From: Mobula hypostoma
Lineage: Eukaryota
DNA length: 64,000 nucleotides
Assembly: GCF_963921235.1 (NCBI RefSeq)
Contig: NC_086108.1
Coordinates: 87,854,001-87,918,000, forward strand
Direction: 5' to 3'
Positions 1-12,229 of the stretch are shown in pieces. Position 1 is the first letter of the stretch; every line of letters starts with the position of its first letter. The notes under the pieces were generated by a model that was not told the origin of the DNA, did no database searches, and saw nothing but the letters and a program-made list of their open reading frames with translations. Made by a program: the position numbers and the translations under genes.

Positions 1-160
1 GGGGGCCAGAAGTAAGAAGCTGGGAGGCGATAAGTGGAAAATGTAACGGGTTGAAGGAGTAATCTGATAGAGAGTGGGCCATATGAAAAAGGGAATGAAA
101 AGAGGCATCAGAATGAGATGATAGGCAGGTGAGACAAAGGGGTAAGAGGGGAACCTTAAA
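1..160 (-). mobile_element. Penelope-like element 3' (purine/pyrimidine-rich) fragment
   Basis: Resembles the PLE tail copies at 59530-59830 and 62926-63172 (ggttgaagg..aatctgatag..gggccat..ggggcacca-like). Confidence 0.55.
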
Positions 161-459
161 ACCTGGCCACCCTCATGACTATTACTCTAATACATTAGGA
201 ACTTTGCCAAAGCTACAAATTTTCTGCTCAAAAAATCTCTGGAATGCATTTTATCAATTGCTCAGTAATAGAACTGATGACTTCATTGTTGTCATATCCC
301 CTCATACTATATGAGGTGTGTGAGTCTTATTAAATGTCAATTGTAATATACACCACAAGAGAAATGGATTGCAAAACCTGCTTTTATTCAGATCACACAG
401 GACTCAGCATGAATTCTATTTGCTGGTTTTGTAAATAGAGATTTTTTTTTAATGTAATC

Positions 460-3125
460 GGAGAGAGATGCAGCTCTTTCCAGTAAGACTCACCATGATG
501 GCTTGTGTGTTTAAATCAATACGGAATGGTGCAAGAACTCTGTGCTGGTTTCCAGATACTGCTCATCGCTAGTGGAGTTTGTGACTGTTAGATGCAGACC
601 ATTTTATTTGCCACGGGAATTTACCATTGTCCTTATAGTCGGTGTGTACATTCCCCCCAGCGCTAATGCTAAGGAGGTGCTCTGTGAACTGTATGGGGCT
701 ATTAGCAAACTGCAGAATGCACACCCTGATGGACTGTTTATTGTCGCCGGAGATTTTAACCACGTGAAACCTAAGTCAGTGCTTCCCAGATTCTATCAGT
801 ATCTGGACTTTGCAACAAGAGGGGAGAGCGCGTTGGATCTTGTTTACACAAACATTCCTGACGCGTACTGGGTGGAGCCCCGCCTCCACCTCGGTTACTC
901 AGACAACATCTCTGGGATTAGCATTATCCCGGCATACAGACCACTCGTCAGGCGCTCCAGACCAGTTCAGAAGCAGATGAAAACCTGGCCAGCAGGAGCC
1001 ATCTCTGCTCTTCAAGACTGCTTTGAGCACACTGACTGGCACATGTTCAGGGAGGCTGCAACCGATGGCGACTCTACCAACTTAGAGGAGTGCACGGCAT
1101 CAGTGACTAGCTACATTAGCAAGTGCATCGATGACATCACTGTGGCCAAGACCATCACTACACACACTAACCAGAAGCCATGGATGACCGTGGAGGTGCG
1201 TGCACTGCTGAGGACCCGTGATTCCGCCTTCAGAGCAGGCGACAAGGCAGCCCTAACAACAGCGAGGGCCAAACTGTCCCGGGCCATCAGAGAGGCAAAG
1301 CGTGTACACGCCCAGCGAATCCACAGCCACTTCCAGGACAGCAGCGACACACAGCGCATGTGGAAGGGCATTCAGGACATCACCAACTACAAGACAACAC
1401 CACCTGCCTGTGCTGGTGATGCCTCCCACCCAGATGCGCTGAACAACTTCTATACTTGTTTTGATCCGGAAAATGACGTGGTGGCAAGAAAGACCACCCC
1501 TCCTCCAAATGACCAGGTGCTATATCTTACCATGGCTGATGTGAGGAGAACCCTGTGCAGGGTCAACCCACAGAAGGCTGCTGGACCAGACAATATTCCT
1601 GGCAGAGTGCTTAGAGGATGTGCAGATCAGCTAGCTGAGATTCTCACTGACATCTTCAACATCTCCAAGCAGCGCCATTGTTCCTACGTGCTTCAAGGCC
1701 ACCACCATTGTCCCCATGCTGATGAAGTCTTCAGTGTCCTCCCTCAACGACTACTGTCCCGTTGCACTTAAGTCCATCATCATGAAGTGTTTCGAGAGGC
1801 TCGTCACGAGGCACATCAAGACCCTGCTGCCTCCCTTACTGGCCCCCCTGCAGTTCATGCACCGTCCCAACTGTTCAACAGACGACGCCATTGCCATCAC
1901 CCTCCACCTGGCCCTAACCCACCTGGACAAAAAAGACATGTACGTTCGAATGCTGTTCATAGACTTCAGTTCAGCATTCGACACAATCATTCCTCAGAAA
2001 CTGACTGGAAAGCTGAGCCCACTGGGCCTGAACACCTCCCTCTGCAAATGGATCCTAGACCTCCTGACGGGAGACCTGAGTCAGTCTGGATTGGCAACAA
2101 CATCTCCAACACCATCACACTGAGCACGGGGGCCCCCCCAGGCCTGTGTGCTCAGTCCATTGCTGTTCACTCTGCTGACCCACGACTGTATTGCAACACA
2201 GAGCTCGAACCACATCATCAAATCCACCGATGACACAACCATGGTGGGTCTCATCAACAAGAACGATGAGTCAGCATACAGAGAGGAGTGCAGCGGCTAA
2301 CAGACTGGTGTAGAGCCAACAACCTGTCTCTGAATGTGAACAAAAGAGATGGTTGTTGACTTCAGGAGGACATGGAGTGACCACTCTCCACTGAACATTG
2401 ACAACTCCTCCATAGAGATCGTTAAGAGCACATAATTTCTTGGTGTTCACCTGGAGGAGAATCTCACTTGGTCCCTCAACACCAGCTCCATAGCAAAAAA
2501 AAGGCCAGCAGCGTCTCTACTTTCTGCAAAGGCTGAGAGAAGTCCATCTCCCAGCCCCCATCCTCACCACATTCTACAGAGATTGTATTGAGAGCACCCT
2601 GAGCAGCTGTATCACTGCCTGTTTCGGAAATTGCACCATCTCGGATCGCAAGACCCTGCAGCGGATAGTGAGGTCAGCTGAGAAGATCATCGGGGTCTCT
2701 CTTCCCACCATTATAGACATTTACACCATACACTGCATCCGTAAAGCAAACAACATTATGAAGGACCCCACACACCCCTCATACAAACTCTTCTCCCTCC
2801 TGCCATCTGGCAAAAGGCACCTAAGTATTCGGGCTCTCACGACCAGACTATGTAAGTTTCTTCCCCCAAGCCATCAGTCTCCTCAATACCCAGAGCCTGG
2901 ACTGATACCAACCTACTGCCCTCTACTGTGCATAATGTCTTGTTTATTATTTATTGTAATGCCTGCACTATTCTGTGCACTTTATGCAGTCCTGGGTAGG
3001 TCTGTAGTCTAGTGTAGTTTTTTGTGTTGTTTTACATAGTTCAGTGTAGTTTTTGCATTGTTCATGTAGCACCATGGTCCTGAAAAATGTTGTCTCATTT
3101 TTACTGTGTACTGTCTTGACTTGAC
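460..3125 (+). mobile_element. Rex1/Babar-type LINE, 5'-truncated, frameshifted APE endonuclease + RT
   Basis: ORF 542-1771 has [30 protein letters not shown] and [13 protein letters not shown] 1716-2123 has [18 protein letters not shown] and [15 protein letters not shown]. The C-terminus (HPSYKLFSLLPSGKR) is followed by a 3' UTR ending in ttgacttgac. Confidence 0.9.
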
Positions 3126-3129
3126 CTGG

Positions 3130-4750
3130 ATGAGGGTGGTGATTAAGGATAACATTGGATTAAGTATATAATCAGATGAACAGAAAATGGTTATAAATGG
3201 AGTGAAAACAGCAAGCCAGAGAATTGGAAGACTTACGGTAAGTGGGAAATGTTAACGAAAAGATGAAGTGGCAGAAGACAGACTGTGGGAGTTAGTAAAC
3301 AACAAATACAGGAGGGCTATAACTGCTACAGTAACAATGCAGAGAAGGGAGTACCAACAAGGTGATCACGAAAAGAAAAGATATTTGGACAGATTAAAAT
3401 GGAATATTGGGGCACTTCTGCTTACATCTTCACCATGGAAGACTTAATAAATGTAATGACATCCTAAAGACTGTTGACGTTAAGATAATTACTATTTCCT
3501 CTCCAAAATACCTGAGATGTTATGGAGAATAAAACCCAAATGCCTTGGGCTTAATTGACTGTTGGCCAGTGTTTGAGATGTTGAGGTATTAGAACATAGA
3601 ACAGGGCAGATCTTTATTTATTCCCCTCCCGTCTGCTTTATTATCAAGGTCTTTCCCTTTAATAATAGAGTATGGGGGCTAAATAAGTGAAAATACAGTA
3701 GAAGAGACCCTTGATTAAATACCACTGCTCTTTAAAGGGCTGAAAGGCGTGCAGACAACATAGCAATGAGGTGAAGTCTAGACAACATTGAAGATCAATA
3801 AATGGCATTTTTCCAAGTTAATAGTAGTCTGTCACTAGTGGAAAACCCAACTTACTTGACTAAACAAAATGAGGAAGCAAAACGCAACAAATGCAGATAT
3901 TCTGGTGATCCTAATCTCCGTGGGAAAGCAAATGACAAGCACAGCCTGTAGAGGACTCAGGCACGTTGAGAAAATGAGCAAAAAACAGCAGATGAAGCAC
4001 AATGTGTGAAGGTTCTATTTTAAGCAGTTGTGGAAAGAATAGGATGGAAAGATAGAAAGAATGAGATAGTGACTTAAAAACTGGTAAGAAACCAGCAGTC
4101 ATTTGCCAGCAGGTGGACCATTGTTGAAGAGATGCAGCTGTTTCTGCACGTGGGTGATTTATTAGTTTCCTTATGTGAGGGAGCAGGTTGAGGCTTTGAC
4201 GTTCTTGTTGCTGTTTCTCCGTGCGGATGATATATTAGATTTTTGTGTGAGGGAGGAGGTTGGAGGCTTGGGGATCTACGTTCTAGCTGCCGTTTTCCAG
4301 GTGAGTGATCTGTTAGCTTTTGTGCCAGCTGGGTTGGGGGTTTGGGATTTGCAATTTGCAAGTTTTTGTTTCTTTTTCTTTTCATGCAGTGGGGCAGGGG
4401 GAGGGTTGATGTCTTTTCTTTCAACCATTTCTCGTTTTTCTATATTTCATGGCTAGCTGGAAAAGACAAATCATGCAGTTGCATTCTGCATACATACCTT
4501 GATAGTAAAATGAGCCTTTGAAACTTTGAACCTTCAATAGGAACACAAATGGGTACTGTCTTTATGGCAGAACATTGGTGCAAAAGGAACGTTGCTAGGA
4601 GTCTACAAAGTTCTTTTGAGATTACATTTCAATTGCCATGTTCAGATTTGGTTTCCTTACCCAGGGAAAGGCAAGCTGAGCTTGAAGTCAGTGCCACATA
4701 GTCACCAGGTTAGCTAAGAAAAAGGGGGTTGTCCTCAAGCAATTAACTAG
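3130..4750 (+). mobile_element. Highly decayed CR1 LINE, interrupted at ~4130-4530
   Basis: Patches are colinear with the young CR1 at 45665-47812, e.g. 3421 catcttcaccatggaagac, 3830 gtcactagtgg, 4605 tacaaag..gttcagatttggtttcc. Confidence 0.5.
4130..4532 (+). mobile_element. Non-autonomous LINE-like 3' UTR/SINE fragment with (TTTGAA) tail
   Basis: Ends in ctttgaaactttgaac and resembles the Rex1-type 3' UTRs at 29300-29495 and 36330-36550. Confidence 0.5.
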
Positions 4751-4765
4751 CCCATGCATTAGCAC

Positions 4766-5642
4766 TTCAAGTTCAAGTTTATTGACATCAGACTGTATGT
4801 ATGTGTGTACCTATATAAAAATAAAATCAAACGATGTTCCTCTGGACCACAGTTCACACACAGTACATAAAACAAAATATTACCATAAAGTTAATACAAT
4901 TAAAAATGCACGTGGTACGCAGTACAGGTAAACAGTAAACAGCATGCTGTCCCAAGTGACGAGGCCCCGATGGTGGCAGTGTATTCATTAGTCTCACAGC
5001 CTGAAGGAAGAAGCTGAAACCCAGTCTGGCAGTCCTAGTCCTGGTGGGCATACCTCCTGTACCTCCCTCCTGATGGTACTGGGTCTAAGAGATTGTGGAA
5101 TCAACAATGCTTTGGGCCCTTTGTCTGCAATGCTCCTGGTAAATGTCAAAAATAGGGAGGAGAGGTACCCTGGTGATCCTTTTGAGGATTTTACTATCCT
5201 CTGTAGGGTCTTGCTGCCCGATGCTTTGCAGCTTCCATACCACACAGCAATGCAGTCAGACAGGACACTCTCGATGGTGCCCCTGTAGAACACTGTTAGA
5301 ATGGGGGCGATGAGCCTTGCATGGCCTCAGTCCCCTCAGAACGTGTAGACACCACTGTGCCTTCTTGACTAGTGAGGTCGAGTTGTAGGTCCAGGTTAGA
5401 TCATCCATTGCATTCACACACTTTTCACTCTTTCCATAGCAAAACCATTGATGTGGAATAAAAAGCCTTATAATCGGTGAATTTGATGGTGTGGTTTGAG
5501 CTGAATCTGGCAGTGCAGTCGTGAATCAGTAGCAGGCTGAGCACTCAGCTCTGGGGGCACCAGTGCCCAGCATGCCCAGCATGGAGCTTGAGATGTTGTT
5601 GCCAACTCTGACCAACTGGGGTCTTTCCGTCAAGAAGTCCAA
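4766..5642 (-). mobile_element. Rex1/Babar LINE 3' fragment
   Basis: Minus ORFs FYRGTIESVLSDCIAVWYGSC and RTARLGFSFFLQAVRLMN; ttcaagttcaag tail at the left end. Confidence 0.8.
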
Positions 5643-6692
5643 CAGTAGAACAGTGATGCACAAAACATAGCCCATAGGCCGCATATCTGCTGCACAAGAC
5701 TGGTCTGTCTGCCCTGCTGACAGCGAAGCATCTTACTCCTCAGGGAACTGGCTGCCTATTCCTGCCACTGGTTCTTGGGAGTCTTCAAGATGCTCCCAAA
5801 GCTGCGGCCGGTGGTGTTTTCAGCCGAAATATATGGTAACCAATAGATACATCGGGGAAGCAACTTACTATCTCAACATTCCCCAGTCAATCTTCCCTCT
5901 GCTGCCCCACACTAGACCTGGCAACAAGAAGCCAGTGGAGTGATACTCTGGTACTACATCAGATCTAGTGCAATCGTCTGGACCCAGCATCCAGATTCAG
6001 GCATAGACCACCACTGAATGAAACTGTGGACTGATACTGGAGGCACAAGTCACTATAACACTTCAACACAAATGGGCACAGGCTTGGCAAAATGGAGAGG
6101 AGAACTGACCAGTGGAGCAGTGATGGAAGAAGAGGAATGGAAACAAGTAGATCAGTGTGTAGTCAGTGATTTGTGTAGCGAGCTTAACAGGGGCATCTTT
6201 AAATAACAGTTATATATTGTTAAAATAAGGCAAACTGAAGCCATCAGGGTTAGCCTGGATTGGAAATTCAGCCCTCCTACAGAAAATGTGTGTGCGACAC
6301 TGATTAAAAAGAATGGGAGCTGGAGCTCTAGCAGATAAATTTCTTTTAAAGTTCAAAGGAAGATTGATGGAGTAAACATTTTTTTCCAGCAAGAGGCAAG
6401 AATTAGAGTTATAGTCTCAACATAAGTAATTGAGATTATCCATTAATAACTGAGATTAATTTTTTTTAAAAAGCATAGTGCTGCAAGTCTTTGAAATTTT
6501 ATTAACTTGACTTCAAAGTGGCTTTACATTCAATTACTAAACACATACAAGGATGACATGGATATCATGCAGTAATACAGTACGGGAACAGGCTCTATGG
6601 CCTAGTTCAGCCATACCGACCGAACACAGTACCAGGTTCTTCAGGACTAAGGGAATATGTTTATCAGAAGTAGCATGGATACGTACAGTGGA

Positions 6693-7675
6693 TCAGAATC
6701 AGATTTAATATCACTGGCATATGTCATGAAATATGTTTTGCAGCGGCACATTGTCCAATTGTGCATTTAAATAAATAAATAGAGGTAGTGTACATGGGCT
6801 CCTCGTCCATTCAGAAACCTGATGGTGGAGGGGAAGCAGCTTTTCCTGAAACATCGAATGTGTGCCTTCAGGCTCCTGTACCACCTCCAATATGGTAGCA
6901 AAGATGGAACGTCCAAGGTAATGGGGTCCTTAATGACGGATACCGCCTTTTTGAGGCATTGCCTCTTCAAGATTGTCTCAATGCTGGGGAGGCTAGTTTC
7001 TCATGATAGAGCTGGCTGAGTTTACAATTTTCTGCAGCATTTTCCAATCCTGTGCCAAATGGCGATGCAACCAGTTAGAATGCTCTCCATGATATATCTG
7101 TAGAAATTTGCAAGAGTCTTTGGTGGCATACCAATTCTCCTCAAACTCCAAATGAAATAAGACACTGTCATGCCTTCCTTGTAACTGCATTAACATGTTG
7201 GGGCTAGGATAGATCTTCAGAAATATTGACACCCAGGAACTTGAACCTGCTCATGCTTTTCACTGCTGATCCCTTTGGTATGTGTTCCCTTGACATTCCC
7301 TTCCTGAAGTCTACAATCAATTCCATGGTCTTACTGATGTTGAATGCAAAGTTGTTACAACACCACTCAACTAGTTGGTGGATCTCACTCCTGTATGCCT
7401 CATCATCATGTGAAATTCTACTAACAATGGTCGTGTCATCAGCAAATTTATAGGTAACACTTGAGCTGTGCCTAGCCACACGAACGTGGATATAGAGAGA
7501 GTAGAGCAGTGGGCTAAGCACACATCCTTGAAGAGCACCAAGGTTGATGGTCAGCGAGGAGGAGATGTTATTTCTGATCCACACACACTGTGGTCTCACA
7601 GTAAGGAAGTCAAGGATCCAGTTACAGGGAGAGGTACAGAGGCCCAGGTTTTGGAGCTTGTAATCAGTTTTGAGG
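6693..7675 (-). mobile_element. Rex1/Babar LINE RT C-terminal half and 3' UTR (3' part of chimera)
   Basis: [45 protein letters not shown]; tail cagaatcaga at ~6693. Confidence 0.88.
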
Positions 7676-7975
7676 TTCATGTAATAACCTTAATGTATAC
7701 AGAGTAGATTCTGGTTCTTTACACTCACAAAAGCCAAATGTTTGCAAATTTCCTGAAGCTCCTTGAACTCTCTTCCAGCTTAAAACCAAGCCACATTTCG
7801 CAAGCGACTTCCTGATTAACATATCAGCAGCCTTCTCAGATACATTGCCTGTGAAAACTGTAGTTAGACCACTGCTTTCATCACTTTCACACTTCCTCTG
7901 AGCAGCATGATCCATTCCTTGGTCTGATATGCCTTCCAACCAGAGGCACAAAGGTTGGCATCAACACCAGTTTGC
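7670..7975 (-). pseudogene. RBM25: RBM25 fragment (pre-RRM and RRM), apparently intronless, frameshifted, copy 1
   Basis: VLMPTFVPLVGRHI..DH..TTVFTGNVSEKAADMLIRKSLAKCGLVLSWKRVQGASGNLQTFGFCECKEPESTL.LRLLHE matches the vertebrate RBM25 RRM as recalled (TTVFVGNISEKASDMLIRQLLAKCGLVLSWKRVQGASGKLQAFGFCEYKEPESTLRALRLLH). Confidence 0.92.
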
Positions 7976-8016
7976 CCTCTGTTGGGCAACAGTTCATGTT
8001 GTACAGCATGGAGACA

Positions 8017-8465
8017 GCTGTGGCATCATTCTGTACCCTTCTTAATTCACTTTCAGTTGACTCTGACAGGGAATGTGGAATGCAAATGGCGGATGGATCT
8101 CCAATCAAGTTGTAGTTGTCTCAGCCAATCACACCCCCACAATGCTGGCCCCTGTTTTTAACAACATAAAAACCCAAAGTGGCTTGTTGTATTTCACTGT
8201 TACAAATGTCATTCCCACACAAGTTATTTTTTATGTTCTTAGTTGGTTATCTGCTGGCTTCAGATAACTTTAGTATCTTTGAAATGCCATTCAAATTCAT
8301 TTTGTGGAATGACTGAAACAACCGAGTCAGTGTCCAATTCCATTTTAATTAATTTGTCATTCACTTCTGATGTAAGCCATATTGCTTGTCTATTGTTAAG
8401 TTTTCACATTGTAAATCTCAAGGCTACTCAGTCCCATGTCATTCTCATCACTATCAGTTGTTTTC
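8017..8465 (-). mobile_element. Ty3/Gypsy pol fragment: aspartic protease region, decayed
   Basis: Manual minus-strand translation across indels gives IWLTSEVNDKLIKMELDTDSVVSVI (DTG motif mutated to DTD, 8308-8343), VGMTFVTVKYN, GFYVV, LWGCDWLRQLQLDW (retropepsin GxDWL) and ESTESELRRV..ATAV. Confidence 0.8.
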
Positions 8466-8968
8466 CCAAAATCTCCCTACACCAGCTTTAAAAGACTCAA
8501 ACAACCTGTCTTGACAAAGAACAGTGAAGCCACCGGGCTGCAATGCTGCATCCAAAATGGCAGAAGTGAGCCATGTTTCCATGAAGCAAAGTACACAGCA
8601 GTCCCTGATGTCCCATCTGGTGCAGCAATGCTGCACTGAGTTCTTCAGTTTTATTTTCATTCACCAGCAGGACAGTTGTGTGTGGGTGGTCTACGGCCTA
8701 TGCATTTCAATCGTACCTATAGACCAGCGCGTTTTCCCCACCCGTTTTCTTTAAAAGGAACTGCACTCATGACCTGAGCCTGTCAACCAGAGTCCATTAA
8801 TTTTAAGGATTGATAGATTTTGTTTTAATTGTCTTAAATCAATGTTGCTTATTGAAGTACCCATGGTTGTGACTTGATTTCAGCTGTAGTAGTCCTAAAC
8901 AGGGATATTTTATGTTTCCCATCAGAGGTACATGCAAAGAGACACCAGTTATTGACGCCATTTTGGGC
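8466..8968 (-). mobile_element. Rex1/Babar LINE 5' end with N-terminal APE endonuclease (5' part of chimera)
   Basis: ORF 8454-8660 has DIRDCCVLCFMETWLT..DAALQPGGFTVLCQDR, a typical APE N-terminus; 5' aaaatggcgtc at ~8955-8965. Confidence 0.78.
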
Positions 8969-9129
8969 TGTCATCATTCACATTGCTAACGAATGCACAT
9001 TGCACAGGTTCAAGGAAGCAAATTAATGCAGGAGAAGGATATTTAGCCCTGAGACCATTTAATAAGATCATGGTTGATCGTGTGCTTCAAGTCCAAGGAT
9101 CAGATATCAGTAGTATCACCAAAAGTTAA

Positions 9130-9372
9130 ATATAATTGATTCTGGTAATTGGCACAAATTGGAAACAGTACATTTTGGCCCAATTAAGCGGCCGCCCCAA
9201 TTAGCCCAAGTTTCATGGAAATTGTTAAGATGGTATAAGAGATAAACTGCTTTGAATTGAGTAACAGATTGTGTATTTAAATGAATTACAGAAAAAATTA
9301 GCACACTACCAATGCTATTACAGTACTATAAAACTATGTATTAGTTCCTAATTTTTAGTGTTTGCTGCTGTG
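9130..9372 (+). mobile_element. MITE-like DNA transposon fragment (pogo/Tigger-like), related to 62333-62532
   Basis: cattttggcccaatt..gccccaattagcccaagtt matches, in reverse, 62465-62500; that copy ends in TA+CAGTGGAT. Confidence 0.5.
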
Positions 9373-9862
9373 TATGGGTGATCTAGGGAGGGGTACACCT
9401 CTGGTGAGGGGGCTTTTTCATCCATTCTGGGGTAGCTCACTCACCTTTGGTCCCTTCTGGACCTCATCTTTCACCTGTGGCTCCAAGTAGTTGTTTGCAT
9501 GTAACAGTGGCCACACTCTGGGTCACTGCTTCGACGGGCAGACCAAACCAGGTGAAGATAGCTGACAGACCTCATACCCCGGTGAGATAGGGACATGCCT
9601 GTCCTAACACGCAACGTCAGCTCCACCATACTGGGCGCATAAAATCAATGAGGAGATCCAACGGCCAAGAAGGTGGCTCTGCAATGCCTTGTGGAGAGTG
9701 AAGCACATGACAAGGCACAGAAGTAATCGTGGTTATCCACTGCAACCAAGATAGACCTCCAGATCGGGATGACTACTCATACGACTAGATCTGAACCTCC
9801 AAGGTCAAGAGAGTGGAACTGTCCCAATGCAACAACTTCTCCACTATAAAAACTGTCCACAC
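9373..9862 (+). mobile_element. Older copy of the (CAA)n-tailed RTE-like retroposon family of 57415
   Basis: Colinear similarity to 57415-57900 (agggaggggta.cacctctggtg, cacctgtggctcc, ggccacac, aaaccaggtga, cggtgagatag). Confidence 0.75.
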
Positions 9863-10068
9863 TTAGCTGTTAGACACTGCACCATGCTATGCAAGTTCAC
9901 GGGACTGATGCCAGTTAGAAACTGCTCAGCAAGCCTCCTGCATCAATTGAGCGGCATAGTGTCCCAAATAAATGAAGGGAACCCGGGCTCTTTTCTTGAT
10001 TAGCTCTTGGTCTTCAAGAGTTGTCCCAAAGACTATCGAACATTGTTTAAACAGTCTCAATGACTCAC

Positions 10069-10156
10069 CTCCTTTTAAGAGCACTTCGTAAACCTGGGCA
10101 AACCGTGACCCCACCTCTGCCAACATTGTTGCCTTTCAAAGTGGTACTTCCAAAGC
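10069..10156 (-). other. Candidate 88-nt exon of an unidentified minus-strand host gene
   Basis: Acceptor tcccttttgtattgtatcccttag| and donor AG|GTGAGT in non-repeat sequence. Contains ACAATGT opening MLAEVGSRFAQVYEVLLKG; the phase-1 frame is also open. Confidence 0.55.
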
Positions 10157-10957
10157 CTAAGGGATACAATACAAAAGGGATTAAAAGTCAACATTTTATA
10201 TGGCCATTACAATAAACAAATCACAATAAAATTTAAGCCAAGCCACAAGCAGCATTTAAATCAATGTTAACACTCTTACTGTGAGTTTGATTTTTTTTTA
10301 AATGAGAAGGAATTTCATGAACTGAGTTTTGAAAAGGAGACAACTGATAATAAAAGACAAAGCAAAAAGTTGAAGAGAAATAAATTTCATCAATCTGCTT
10401 TTTTTCTTTAAACACAATTGGGGAACGGATAATTTAGTTCAGCAAGTAAAACAATGAAAAATCTGGGAAAAAAATTTGGTTGAATAAGAGGAACAATATT
10501 TAAAAGATCTGTTTATGAGGAAAGTGGCAGAGAGTGTTGGAATAGAGAGTACAAGATGTCATAAACCTAACAAAGCTTCAGCAATGACAGGCCCGAGGCT
10601 GGACAGAGGCATATTTTATTTATTTAGAAATACAGTTCAGAACAGGCCCTTCCTGCCCAACAAACCGCATCACCCAGGAGCCCACTTATTCAACCCTAGC
10701 CTCATCACAGGACAATTTACAATGACAGAAAGACCTATAGACAGGGAATTGGAAGCCAGTTGAGCTTCTGGTTAAGACTTGGGCAGTAGCCAGGAGATGA
10801 AAACAGAGGAATGAAGTCATTTGATTTTTCCCAAAGTTTAACAAGACAACATGGTACAATTATTCAGCAGGTCCAAGAGGATGCTGTGGAGAAAAAGACC
10901 AGGACAGTGGGCTCACTGAAAGGAAATCAGATTTGAATCTGAAATTAAAACAGAAAA

Positions 10958-11185
10958 ATCACAAACACGAGAAAATCTGCAGATACTGGAAATCCAAAGA
11001 AACACGCAAAATATTGGAGGAACTCAGCAGGTCAGGCAGCATCTATGGAGAAGAATAAACAGTCTACACTTCAGGCAGAGACCCTTCAGAGTCCTGATGA
11101 AGGATCTCTGCCCGAAACATCAACTGTTTACTCTTTTCCATAGATGTTGCTTGGCCTGCTGAGTTCCTCCAGCATTTAGAGCGTG
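10958..11185. mobile_element. Palindromic Penelope-derived short element
   Basis: Two inverted PLE-end arms centred ~11090, hammerhead-like core on the right arm, 13-bp TSD ttaaaacagaaaa (10945-10957, 11186-11198). Confidence 0.8.
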
Positions 11186-12229
11186 TTAAAACAGAAAATG
11201 CTAAAAAAATACTCAGGAGGGAACATAGCTTCCGTTACAATAGAAACAGAGCTAACATTTCACGACAAAGATCCATGATGAGAATGGTTCTCATGAAGTA
11301 TGTATATCTGAAATGAATTGCTCATTTCTTTTTCCATAGATACTGTCTGGCCTGCTGAATGCTTCTGCTATTTCCCTTTTTATTGTTCCTAAGCATAAGG
11401 ACACCAAAAATACAAAACAAAGTGGGTGACAAGGCAGATCAGAACTTCCAAAAGGTACCAAAGTGAAAGAAGATTAAAGATGGCTGGAAATTTGAGGGTG
11501 CCATTGTTAAGGGATTGCTCCACAATCCCAGAGCTGGGCAATGTAACTAAAAAGTAGAATAGGATACAAAGAAGACCTTTACAAATGGATTTAGGGATAA
11601 GAAAGGTTATAGTAGTATAGAGCTCCTCAGTACTTGGTGCTCAGTACAACCCAGTTGTATTAAATACAAAATTAAATCAATTCTTGTAAACAAAATTATC
11701 TAAGATTTTATGTTAAGTTAATGCCAACATCCAACACATTTATTTTAGGTCAATTATCAGCTTCCATCATGAAATTTACTTCAAACGTTTGACAAAAGAA
11801 TCAATTTGCAAAGCCAAGAGTGAACATTGAGGATAAGAGTGAAATGAGAGGGAAAAGGAAAGTGCTGATGGAGGAAATGGAGATTCAGGGATAAACAAAG
11901 TTAGCAGAAAGAGAAGAAAGGATCTGAACACAAAATCACTCACTCTCACATTTCTCTGGTTTGATTGGATTGCCTTCCCCTTCAGAAGAATGAAAAATAC
12001 TTTGGAAACAAACAAATTAACACAGGAGGCCATTTATTGCCTTTAAAAGTAGAATAAAAGTTTAATATGATCCACAGCCACTTTAAAAGTCAGTCAACTC
12101 CTTAAGCTAAAGCCTTATTTTCCAGAAGTTAAAATGAAAGGTGGCAGTTTGTGAAGCAGTCTGAGGAATTCCAACCCCACAAGTAATAAATAACTACTAA
12201 CTTGTTTTGATACTGTACAAGGTTGCGTC

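Noticed and set aside
5651-6200. Possible hAT/Charlie element starting cagtgatgcacaaa
   Set aside because: No matching right TIR or TSD found; too weak to call.
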